Shown: positions 53,101 to 64,000 of the stretch, piece by piece
How positions within the stretch are numbered: position 1 is the first letter of the stretch
How the letters are laid out: each line of letters begins with the position of its first letter
Assembly: GCF_009914755.1 (NCBI RefSeq)
Contig: NC_060935.1
DNA: 64,000 nt
Origin: the human T2T-CHM13v2.0 reference genome, Homo sapiens
Direction: 5' to 3' (one strand)
The notes under the pieces: generated by a model
Database searches by the model: none
The model's input: only the letters and a program-made list of their open reading frames with translations
Told to the model about the DNA's origin: nothing
Program-made: the position numbers and the translations under genes

Positions 53101-54161
53101 TGTGGAAAGGGTAAGTTTCATGTATACAGTAAATACTTTGACTGTGGGTTCTTGTCTTTCTGGTAGTGGCAGACACACGTGGCATCTCCTCCCAGACTCT
53201 AGCAAATGATATATGTCTCTCTTAGGCCTCTCTTAGACAAGAAAGTTCTCTGGACTGGCTAAGCCACATGACGAAAGTACCAGCATTCTGGTTCTTTCTC
53301 TCTTTGTGGGCACCCCTAGTCCTGATCAGACATCTTGATACTCTGTTGCTAATCACAGATTGGTCTGAAGGAGAATGGAAGGATAAAGGAAAATCCCATA
53401 CTGAAAAATCATGTCTAATGATATGGTTATTACTAGGTAAGCTGAGGCATTAGGAGATAGAAATAGAACTTTTGTTGATGGAGCAAATTTAAATTTAATG
53501 TAGATAGACCTTATTCTTTTATGTCAAATGAGAGACAGTGTAGCCTCAGTTTGTGAAACATCTAAATTATGGAATTTTTAAAATAAATGCTATTTTGATA
53601 TGACTATATATATAAACACTAAAGGCAAGTAAACTATAAATGAAAATTATTTGCTATAAACATATTGTTATCTTTTTGAGTTTGGATGTTCTAAAGGGCT
53701 TGAAAATTATTACTTAAATATTTTCTTTTTTACAGTCTTAGAGGCAATCAGTTTAATCATTCATTCCTAATAAAGTTGGGCTGTAATTTGTTTTTATAAA
53801 AATCTGAGTTAACAAATCTTGAAATAGTGATATCATATTAATGGCGTTAGACTTCTGCAGTAAAACTTACATCTAATCAGTCATCGAATATGGAATTAAG
53901 AATTAATAATAGTATTCGTTATTAATATTGACAACATATTCTGCTTCTGTGGTCCCAAAATAGATACCTGCAGGTTTTTGGTGCCAAATGGTAAGAAGAA
54001 CATCAGTACCCACGATATATCACACAGTCTTTTTCAGTAGACCACTTTTCTTGTGTGTTTCTGGTCATGGGAGAAAATGATCAAGTACTGATATTAACAT
54101 CTTACCTAAATTAACTTAGTGCCCCAAGAAGGCATTAGAACCAATCAGTATAATAATAATT

Positions 54162-54476
<315 letters not shown>

Positions 54477-54714
54477 TTACAGTTTTCTTGGTGCACATCC
54501 TTATGTTGACTCATGTGAGTGCATCAGTAGATGAGTTCATGAATAAGCCTGGTAAGATATAATCTGAAATATGACAAAAGCAGAATAATTTGTCAGCCAT
54601 GGAATGACAAAGAATGTGTTTTCTGATTCTACAATGGATTCTGTCTACCCATCAGTTCTTTGTTTTCTTCTCAGTGTCTGAAATTGCTAGGACAATGACT
54701 TTAACTCTGGAATT

Positions 54715-54965
54715 CCCTCAAAGTGTTCTTCAGAGCTGCAGTTCCTTGGGATATTAACAGGTATCACACAAAAAAGAAACAAGAAGAAAGAGTTCTGCAG
54801 TCAACTCATTTGGGGATTTTCCAAGTTAAATAAAACTTTCGTTTACCACAGGACTTTTCAAAGCCCTTAGTGTATGCGTATGCCCTGTGAATCTCCCATA
54901 AGAGATTTTCTAAACTGCTTTGAATAGAGAACCCCTTTCCCCCCTCATATCTATTTATTGGAACA
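54715..54965. mobile_element. hAT-Charlie-type DNA transposon fossil
   Basis: 'caaagtgttcttcagagctgcagttccttgggatattaacagg...caggacttttcaaagcc...gtgaatctcc'. Confidence 0.5.
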
Positions 54966-55439
54966 TATGTCTTGACATGATTATCTTTGCTTATTCTTAA
55001 TTTTAGAGAATGTCAGGTTATCTGAATGCTCCTAATATACTAGAAGGATTATTTTCTTTTCAATGTAACAAAATTCTCTGTGAGATGCAAAATGAATGAG
55101 ACATTTTCTGCCTATCATGTACCAATGTAGATGGTACAAGGCTAGGATTACACATCATAACCTTTGAGAAAACACTGAGTCCTGAGTTTGGCGTAGGATC
55201 TTACTACTGGGTCCTTAAATGCAGTGAAAAGTCTTACATTCGTTTGTGTGTATGTGCTTATGTTGACTGTTGTGGACTTGATAAAATTATTACGTATTAA
55301 TTGACAATTTATGTGTTATTAAATAATTTATTAAATGTACACACATAATTTTTATATAATTGCACAGATGTGATCACAGGTTTCTGTTTTTTATGGCGGT
55401 CTTCCTCATGCCTCCTTCTACATTTTTGCTTGGCTGCAT

Positions 55440-56200
55440 CATATTTATTTATGTACATATTTTGATCATTGTTTTATTTATTTAGTAAATCTTGATTGGA
55501 TTTTGGTACTAACTCAGTACTGGTTTCATAAAATGAATTGGGGACATTTCTGTGTATTTTAAAGGCCTGAATTAGTTCAATAACATTGGAATTACCTATT
55601 TAAAAAAATAAGATAGAATTCAGCTGAATATATCTGATCCTCCTACCTTTTTCTATGGTAAGTGGCTCCTTTTTCCTATGTTAATCTGTCTGTTTAGGTT
55701 TTTCATTTCTGGATTGATTTTGATTATCGACATTATTCATTTCCTCTAGGGTTTCAAACTTTTTGCCAGAGTTGCAGGTGGAATTCGCTCATAATTATTT
55801 TATTTTCTTCTTTATCTGTAGTTGCCTCCTTTCTCATTCCTAATGTCTTACACTTCTGTTCACTCTATTTTTTTTTCTTAAACAGGCCTATGAAAGATTT
55901 ACCTATTTTACTCTTTTAATTTTTCTTCCAAAAGACCCAAAGAGGTCTTTTGAACTTATTTATCCTTGCTGCTACTATTCTTTGTGTTATAATGCATTAG
56001 TTCCAGCTTTTATTTTTATTAGTTCATTTTTTGAGGCGAGAGGAATTTACTTTCTATTTCTAATTTTTATATATGAATAAAGAGTTTCTTCTAAAAAGTC
56101 TCTTTTAAAATTAAAACATTTCAGTCTATAAATTTTCCTCTAGGTATAGCTTTTACTGTTCCAACTGAGTGTTGGGAGAGTGTTAAAAATTCTTTGACTT
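55440..56200 (-). mobile_element. Old L1M ORF2 remnant
   Basis: 'tggtttcataaaatgaattggg...ctataaattttcctctaggtatagctttt'. Confidence 0.65.
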
Positions 56201-56560
56201 AAAAAATATGTATAAAGGGTATACATAAATGCTGTATATATTTATGTATCTGCATGTGTATGTCTCTACTTTTTCCTCCCAGCATTTCAGTTAGAGTTAG
56301 ATTTGTGATAAATCTTAATGGGAAAGTGCTCATTTTGTGACCATGATGAATAAGTCATTTTCAAAACCTCATACTTGCTTGTAAAAATAAGCAGACTGGA
56401 GACTTTAGGGGAAAAATCTAATGCAGAAGCATAGTCCGTCTTATTAATGCCACTAAAGCCAGATGGATTGCCTAGGTACTCATTGGAGAATTAGTTAGAG
56501 AAAAGGGATTTATCATAAGAAATATGAACAACTTCCAGAGAAGACAGAAAAAGTTGACCA

Positions 56561-59500
56561 GATTTTTATAGGGGTGAAGAGGAAAATGGCAGATAGGAGA
56601 CAGGACTAACATGCACCTCCCACGTGGATGGACAGAACAGTGTGTGGGGACTCAAACCATGAACTTGAGCTCCAAGAACCACTACAGGAACATACCAGGA
56701 AAACCGAAATAATTCATAGAGTCTTTGAAAGAAGTGGCTTGCCACTGCAGACTCTGTAAGACAGCCCAAAAACTGTGAGCTCCCAGAGTGTGAGAGGGGG
56801 AAAAGTTGGTCTCTGACACACATCCCCACTGGAGAACCTGAAAATACAGATCATGGGAGAAGGATTTAACCTTATCTAGAACTGAAACGGTTTTAAGGAG
56901 CTGAGAGAAGTATAAAAATAGAAGCAGCAGCAGGAAGAACCCTATAGGGTCTTCCTAGTCCCTAGCTTGAGCCCAGGGAAAGCATTCCTGGCCTTATCTC
57001 ACAGGAGTCCTTGGGGAAGGCAGCCAGCAGAATTAGAGAGGAGCCACAGGTGATGGAAGCTTCTGGCTGAACTTTGTAATAATTTCGACCTAAGCATAAA
57101 TTTTCCTGAGTAGAATCTGGTCGGGGTCGGCGGGTGGGGACAAATTGGAAGTGCATATATGAGTGCAGAAGTCACAGCCAAAGCTGCAGGCAGGCAGGGA
57201 GAGGTAAAGCCTGACAGCCCCACTTGCTTTCTTGGTGGAGAGGCTTGTTGTCTGGGGCAAGATTTCAGCTCTGCTCACCAGCTGCCTGGATGTATACTTG
57301 GTGCTGTTGGTGAGGCATGGTGGGAATGAGACTGGCTTTGCTGGCTGTGTGGGAGCTGGGTGAGGCCTGTCACTGCTGGCTTCCCCCTCTTCCCTGGAAA
57401 CCTGTATGACACAGCAGAGGCAGCCATAATTCTCCTGGGAACATAACTCTATTGGCCTGAGAACCACCCGCACCGCTGCCTCCCCCACATTCCCCACAGT
57501 TGCTGCAGCAAGCCCTGCCCAAAGAGAGTCTGAGTTCAGACCCGCCTACCCCAGCCCCACCTGATGGTTTTTCTCTACCCACCCTGGTAGCCGAAGACAT
57601 AAGGTCTTGGTAGCTCTATGGCCCCACCTATTGCCTGAGAAACCCAAGTAAGTACTTAACTTGGCCAACATAGGGCAAGCTTATATCCCCCTTCTACTAC
57701 TGCAGCTTATGCTCTCTTGAAAAGTGCCACCTCCTGTCTGGAGGCCAACCAATTCAAGCCATTACAGCAACTCATAACAGAACAACCCTGCTCCAAAGAA
57801 GGAGAAAACAACAGCTAATTCTACCGCCTGCAACATCCTGGGTAACCAGAAGTCCTGAGTCTGTCCATGTGACAACTTCACTGCTAGCATAACCAGCATT
57901 TGAGGAAACCAGCACACTAAATGAAACTACAACCAAGGACTCCCACAGAGTCCACTTCACTCCCCTGCCACCTTTACCAGAGCAGGTACTGGTATCCATA
58001 GCTGGGAGACCTGAAGACGGATCACATCACAGGACTCTTTGCAGACATTCCCCAGCACCAGCCTGGAGTCTGGTAGCCCCGCTGGGTGGCTAGACCCAGA
58101 AGGGCAATAACAATCACTGCAGTCTGTCTCTCAGGAAGCTCCATCCCTAGGGGAATGGGGAGAGCACTACATCAAGGAATCACCCCATGGGACGAGAGCC
58201 CTTGAGTTCCAGATTTTTCCACTGAAACTGTCTACCCAAATAAGAAGGAACTATAAAAGTAATTCTGGTAATATGACAAGGTTCTATAACACCCTAAAAG
58301 ACCACATTAGCTCTCCAGCAATGGATCCAAACCAATAAGAAATCTCTGAATTGCCACATAAAGAAGTCAGAAAGTTGATTATTAAGCTACTCAAGGAGGT
58401 ACCAGAGAAAAGTGAAAACCAACTTAAAGAAATTTAAAAAATAATAGAGGATATGGATGAAAAAGTCTCCAGAGAAATAGATATTATAAAGAAAAGACAA
58501 TCATAACTTTTGGAAATGAAAGACATACTTACAGAAATGCAAAATACACTGGAAAGTTTCAACAATAGAATCAAGCAAGTAGAAGAAAGAACTTCAGAGG
58601 ATGAAGACAAGGCTTTTGAATTAACCTAATCCAACAAAGACAAAGAAAATGGAATTGAAAAAATGAACAAAGCCTCCAAGAAATTTGGGATTATGTGCAA
58701 ATGACCCAAACACAAAAATAATTCGTGTTCCCAAGAAAGAAGAGAAATCAAAAAGTTTGGAAAACTTATTTGAGAGAATAATTGAGGAAAATGGAGCAGA
58801 ATAGAGAACCCAGAAATAAAGCCAAATACGTATAGCCAACTGATCTTCAACAAAACAAACAAACAATGTAAAATGGGGAAAGGATACCTTATTCAACAAA
58901 TGGTGCTGGGATAATTGGCTAGCCACATGTAGAGGAGTGAAACTGGATCCTCATATCTCACCTATACAAAAATCAACTCAAGATGGATCAAGGACTTTAA
59001 GACCTGAAATCATAAAAATTATAAAAGATAACATTGGAAAAACTCTTCTAGACATTGACTTAGGCAAAGAGTTTATGGCAAGAACCCCAAAGCAAATGCA
59101 ACAAAAACAAAGATAAATAGATAGGACCTAAGTAAACTAAAAAGCTTCTGCACAGCAAAACAAATAATCAGAGTAAATACAGCCCACAGAATGTGAGAAA
59201 ATATTCACAAACTTTGCATCTGACAAAGGACTAATATCCAGAATCTACAAGGAATTCAACAAATCAGCAAGAAAAAAACAAATAATTCCATCAAAAAGTG
59301 GGTTAAGGACGTGAATAGACAATTCTCAAAAGAAGATGGTACAAGAAAAGAAGATGGTACATATTACAAATGGTAATATGGTTTGGCTGTGTCTCCACCC
59401 AAGTCTCATCTTGAATTGTAGCTCCTATAATTCCTATGTGTCATGGGAGGAACCTGCTGAGAAGTAATTGAATCATGGGGGCGAGCCTTTCCTGTGCTGT

Positions 59501-60548
59501 TCTCATGATAGTGAATAAGTCTCACGAAATCTGATGGTTTTATAAAGGGGAGTTCCCCTACACAAGCTCTCTTGCTTGCTGCCACTTAAGATGTGACTTT
59601 GCTCCCCATTCACCTCCAGCCATGATTGCGAGGCCTCCCCAGCCATGTGGAACTGTGAGTCAATTAAACCTTTTTTCCTTTATAAATTACCCACTCTCAG
59701 GTATGTCTTTATTAGTAGCATGAAAACAGACTAATACAAATGGCCAACAAACTATGAAAAAATGCTCAAGATCACTAATTATCAGAGAATGCACATCAAA
59801 ACCACAATGCAATACCACCTTACTCCTGCAAGAATGGCCATAATTAAAAAATCAAAACATAAGAAATGTTGGTATGGATGTGGTGAAAAGGGAATACTTC
59901 TACACTGTTGGTGGGAATGTAAACTAGTACAACCACTATAGAAAACAGTATGGAGATTCCTTAAAGAACTGAAAGTAAAACTGCCTTTTGATCCAGCAAT
60001 CCCGCTACTGGGTATCTACTCAGAGGAAAAGAAGTCATTGTATGAAAAAGACATTTGCACATGCATGTTTATAGCAGCACAATTCACAACTACAAAGTAT
60101 GGAACCAGCCTAAATGCCCATCAACTAATGAGTGGATAAAGAAAAAGATACATATAGATATACACCATGGAATACCACTCAACCATAAAAAGGAATGAAA
60201 TAATGGCATTTGCAGCAACCTGGATGGAGCTGGAGACCATTATTCTAAGTGAAGTAACTTGGGAATGAAAAACCAGTGTACGTTCTCACTTATAAGCAGA
60301 AGCTAAGCTATGAGAATGCAAAGGCAGAAGAATGATATAATGGACTCTGGGGACTCCGGGGGAAAGGTGTGAGGGTGGTGAAGGATAAAAGACTACACGT
60401 TGGGTACAGTGTATACTGCGTGGTTGATGGGTAAATCTCAGAAATCACCACTAAAGAACTTTTCCATACAACCAAACAGCACCTGTTCCCCCAAAATTAT
60501 TGAAATGTTTTTTAAAAATTTAAGAAACCAAAACTATTTTTTTAAAAA
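56561..60548 (+). mobile_element. L1PB-type LINE-1 with 5'UTR, ORF1 start, large internal deletion, ORF2 end and 3'UTR
   Basis: L1PBa-like 5' end 'aaaatggcagataggagacaggactaac'; 3' 'cagaaatcaccactaaagaactt'; perfect TSD agaaaaagttgacca at 56546-56560 and 60549-60563. Confidence 0.92.
59374..59738 (+). mobile_element. THE1B-like solo LTR nested in L1 ORF2
   Basis: t(a)atatggtttggctgtgtc...gactaataca; 'aaggggagttcccct' motif; TSD aatgg. Confidence 0.94.
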
Positions 60549-60589
60549 AGAAAAAGTTGACCACAAAAGTGGGAGTATAAGAATTTATT

Positions 60590-60884
60590 GGCTAGGCATG
60601 GTGGCTTATGCCTGTAATCTCAGCACTTTGGGAGGCCTAGGCAGGCAGACCACTTGAGCTCAGGAATTTGAGACCAGCCTGGCCAACAAAGCAAATGCCC
60701 ATCTCTACAAAGAATACAAAAATGAGACGAGTGTGGCGGTATGTCCCTGTAGTCCAGCTACTCGGGAGGCTGAGGTGGAAGCATCATCTGAGCCCAGGAG
60801 GTTGAGGCTGCAGTGAGCCATGAGCATGCTACTGCACTCCAGCCTGGATGACAGAATGAGACCCTGTTTCAAAAAAAAAAAAAA
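60590..60884 (+). mobile_element. AluJb-like
   Basis: Diverged full dimer with A tail. Confidence 0.9.
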
Positions 60885-60954
60885 TTATTATCACAGTTTA
60901 GGCAAGAGATGCAACTCAGAAACGTCTTAATTAGATTTTGCTCTTCTGGATGGC

Positions 60955-61200
60955 AATCATGATAACAAATGTTTATTGACTGCTGACATATACCAAGTTA
61001 TGTTCCAAATACTCTTAAAGGATGAATGCCTTTAAGCCTCAAAACAGTCTTGTGAGACACATGTTATTATCCTCTTCTTAGAAAGGAGCAAACAGACACA
61101 GAGAGGTCATGTAACTTGCCTGACTTTTTACAGCTGGAACAAGGCAATTGGATCAGGAACTCGGATGCTGTGTCTCCAGATCCCACATGCTAAACTGTGA
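60955..61200 (-). mobile_element. MIR SINE
   Basis: 'aacaaatgtttattgac...cacagagaggtcatgtaacttgcc'. Confidence 0.7.
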
Positions 61201-61648
61201 CACTTGAGTACCTTCATGGTGAGGATCACAGCTTGTAAATCTTTTATGATGGGGTGATTTCCAGAGGAAGCGTCCCATAAATATTTGTGGAATAAATAAC
61301 CAAATGATTGAGCAAATAAGGGAGATAACTGGCTAGCTATCATACTAAGCAGAAAGGGAAAAGTACTCTAATAGAGCTAGAAATAAGGAGTTGTGGGAAC
61401 AATGACATGTTAATTAGGGGACTCTCACTTAGAAGAGGTTTACATTTAGGCCTTTACAAAATGGTGTGAAGCCCTAGTAAGATGTTTAGTCTTTTTGCCC
61501 AATTCTCTAGGCCCCTATTACTGCTTTCCTTTTAAAGGTATGGTATTTTCTGTATCCTCAAAGTCTTTCCTGCCTAATGGATTTAAGTGGACTTGACTCC
61601 CCTTTGGGCCATTAGCATCAAATAGTAAAAATTAATATGAAACCTTGG

Positions 61649-61983
61649 GGCCGGGCGCGGTGGCTCACGCCTGTAATTCCAGCACTTTGGGAGGCTGAGG
61701 CGGGCGGATCATGAGGTCAGGAGATCGAGACCATCCTGGCTAACACGGTGAAACCCCATCTCTACTAAAAAATACAAAAAAAAAAAAAAATTAGCCGGGC
61801 GTGATAGCAGGCACCTGTAGTCCCCGCTACTCAGGAGGCTGAGTCAGGAGAATGGCATGAACCCAGGAGGTGGAGCTTGCAGTGAACCGAGTTTGCGCCA
61901 CTGCACTCCAGCCTGGGCAACAGAGCGAGACTCCGTCTAAAGAAGAAGAAGGAAAAAAAAAAAAAATATATATATATATATAT
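61649..61983 (+). mobile_element. AluY
   Basis: Diagnostics 'gagatcgagaccatcctggctaacacggtg', 'gaatggcatgaa', 'gagcttgcagtg'; expanded A linker; composite (GAA)/A/(AT) tail. Confidence 0.94.
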
Positions 61984-62690
61984 GCAAGATTTGCAAGTAC
62001 CACTGTCCTAGTTTTAAAAGTCAGTTATTGGTAGTTAATACTGTGTTCTGTGGTTGACTTTAAACTTATTAATGACCCTGTCAGAAAGATGCCGGGAGAA
62101 GAAGAGAGAAGAACCCCCCTAAGTCCCATTGGTTTACTTTTCTTGACACAGATAATATATTTCCAAACAAGTGACCTTCTGTGTGTGTGATGTCCTAGCC
62201 CAAAAGAGGTCATTGTGGCCGCCCTACCTGCTGCATAGGGATTGTGATGACAAAATTAGGAGACACTGAAATTCTGAAAATTTATAATCAAGCTGTATTG
62301 TAACAGTCGAGGATTGGTAAACAAATTATAATGCCACATCTTAGTGGAGATAATATGCAACCTTATCCAATATGGAAAAATGATTTTGCTATGTTAAAAG
62401 AGAAAAGGCAGTGCGAAGTTGGATGTGCATTGTGATCACAGGTCTGTCCAGCAAGCAAACCAAAGCTTTTCCAAGAACATCATCTGGAAATAAAATTTAC
62501 CACAGTATGAGTCATGGTTTTCTTGATGCGGTGGGATGTGCACGTGGTCAGGGCAGAGGGAGGAATGGAATTCTTCTTCTTTTCTTTCTATTTTTCCATC
62601 TTTTCTAAATTTTCTGTAATGATCATGTAAACCCAGGTTAAAAAGAAGTGAAAGTGAAATTCTATTACTTTTAAAATGGGGAGGCAGAGA

Positions 62691-62991
62691 GGCCAGTTGC
62701 GGTGGCTCACGCCTGTAATCCCAGCACTTTCAGACGCCAAGGCAGGTGGATCTTTGAGGTCAGGAGTTGGAGAACAGCCTAATCAATATGGTAAAACCCC
62801 GTCTCTACTAAAAATACAAAAAATTTAGCCAGCCATGATGGCGGGTGCCTGTAGTCCCAGCTACTTGGGAGGCTGAGGCAGGAGAATTGCTTGAACATGG
62901 GAGGCGGAGGTTGCAGGAGCCGAGATTGCGCCACTGCACTCCAGCCTGTGCGAGGAATGAGACTCTGTCTCAAAAAAATAAATAAGTAAAA
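62691..62991 (+). mobile_element. AluS
   Basis: Full dimer; TSD taaaatggggagg(c/g)agag at 62672-62689 and 62992-63009. Confidence 0.93.
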
Positions 62992-63544
62992 TAAAATGGG
63001 GAGGGAGAGGTATCAGCTTTATTTTTAAACCTGATTCCACAAAAGATTACCAACAAACTTTTTTAAAAAAGAAATAGCTGTGAAAGAGCTTTGAAAGTTA
63101 AAATGCTTCTATCAGTGCAGTCAACAGAATCTTCTATTTGCTGGCATCACTTCAAGGCATGGCAATTTGATTCTATTGACTGGTGCATTTCGTTTTAAAA
63201 AGCCCCAAGAGGAATCACGTTAGGCAAGAAGGTCCCAGGTGCCAAACTTCAGCACTTAGGGCCGTGGAAGGGTTTGGCGCCTAAGTGGGTTGGGTGTGGG
63301 TGGATGCTTCAGCATAGCTGTGGCTCTTAGTCCATCTCTTTTGACCTTCTGGGAACGGAAGCCTGACGGGTCTTGGTGATTTAGAGCCGTGCTCAGTAAT
63401 GTTTGCCAAAACAGCCCTGGAGAGAGACACATCATCAAACTCTGAAGAATGAGGCAGCTCTGTGGGCCCCAGTCTTCTCAGACCACTCTGGGAGAGTGGA
63501 GCCCGCCCCAGATCTGGAGATGGAGGAAGACTGACTCCTTCCCA

Positions 63545-63770
63545 CGTGGTGCAGAGAGCCTCGGCTCTGGAGTCCCAGGGCTGAGTCACACTAGGCTGCA
63601 GAATAACTCTTGGTGTGACCTTGACTAAGCCAGCCCTTGCCCTCTCTGAGCTCTGGTTTCCTCATTGGTAAAATGGAGATAATCTTGATTCTCTATCTCA
63701 CAGGTACTATGGAAGAACAAGGTGAGGTGATAGATATGAAAATATCCTGCCAACTATGAGGCATGCACAG
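63545..63770 (+). mobile_element. MIR SINE
   Basis: 'ggtgtgaccttgact...ggtttcctcattggtaaaatggagataat'. Confidence 0.8.
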
Positions 63771-63879
63771 ATGTTTGAGATTCTGACAATCCATGATTTG
63801 CAGGGATTTCTGAGTGCTGACTGGAACCCTGGTCCTCTGAGCAAAACTTTGATGGCATCTATGCCTAGCCTGGACTGAA

Positions 63880-64000
63880 CAAATAATGATAATAATAACA
63901 GCAACAGTAGTAACACTTTTTGACCACTATGTGCTGTATAAGCACTATTCTAAGGACTTTACGCGTATCAGCTCATTTTAACCCTTAAAACCATTCGTGA
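63880..64000 (-). mobile_element. MIR 3' part, running off the window
   Basis: 'aataataacagc...cactatgtgc...gcactattctaagg...ctcatttta'. Confidence 0.75.

Overview
Primate (most likely human or great-ape) nuclear DNA with no recognisable protein-coding gene, structural RNA gene, CpG island or prokaryotic system. The window is a repeat-rich intronic or intergenic segment. It holds about 24 Alu-family SINEs (FLAM to AluY), about 10 L1 fragments, many MIR and L2 remnants, MaLR solo LTRs (THE1B, THE1C, MSTB, MSTD, MLT1), and Tigger/hAT MITEs. The ORFs I can recognise are L1 ORF2p remnants or Alu-derived frames; the rest look like chance ORFs. The best-supported unusual structures are retrotransposition scars: a twin-priming-type inverted L1, a both-ends-intact L1PB with a 15-bp TSD but a multi-kb internal deletion, a ~60-bp micro-L1 with TSD, serial Alu insertions at one target site, and a close inverted AluS pair. 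L1s and old LTRs are mostly on the minus strand, hinting at a + strand host transcript. Non-repeat islands contain candidate regulatory elements (a p53/p63 half-site cluster, an RFX X-box, homeobox-rich blocks) and candidate non-coding exons. I found no evidence of a new biological system. Subfamily names come from remembered consensus sequences, and boundaries of old elements are approximate.
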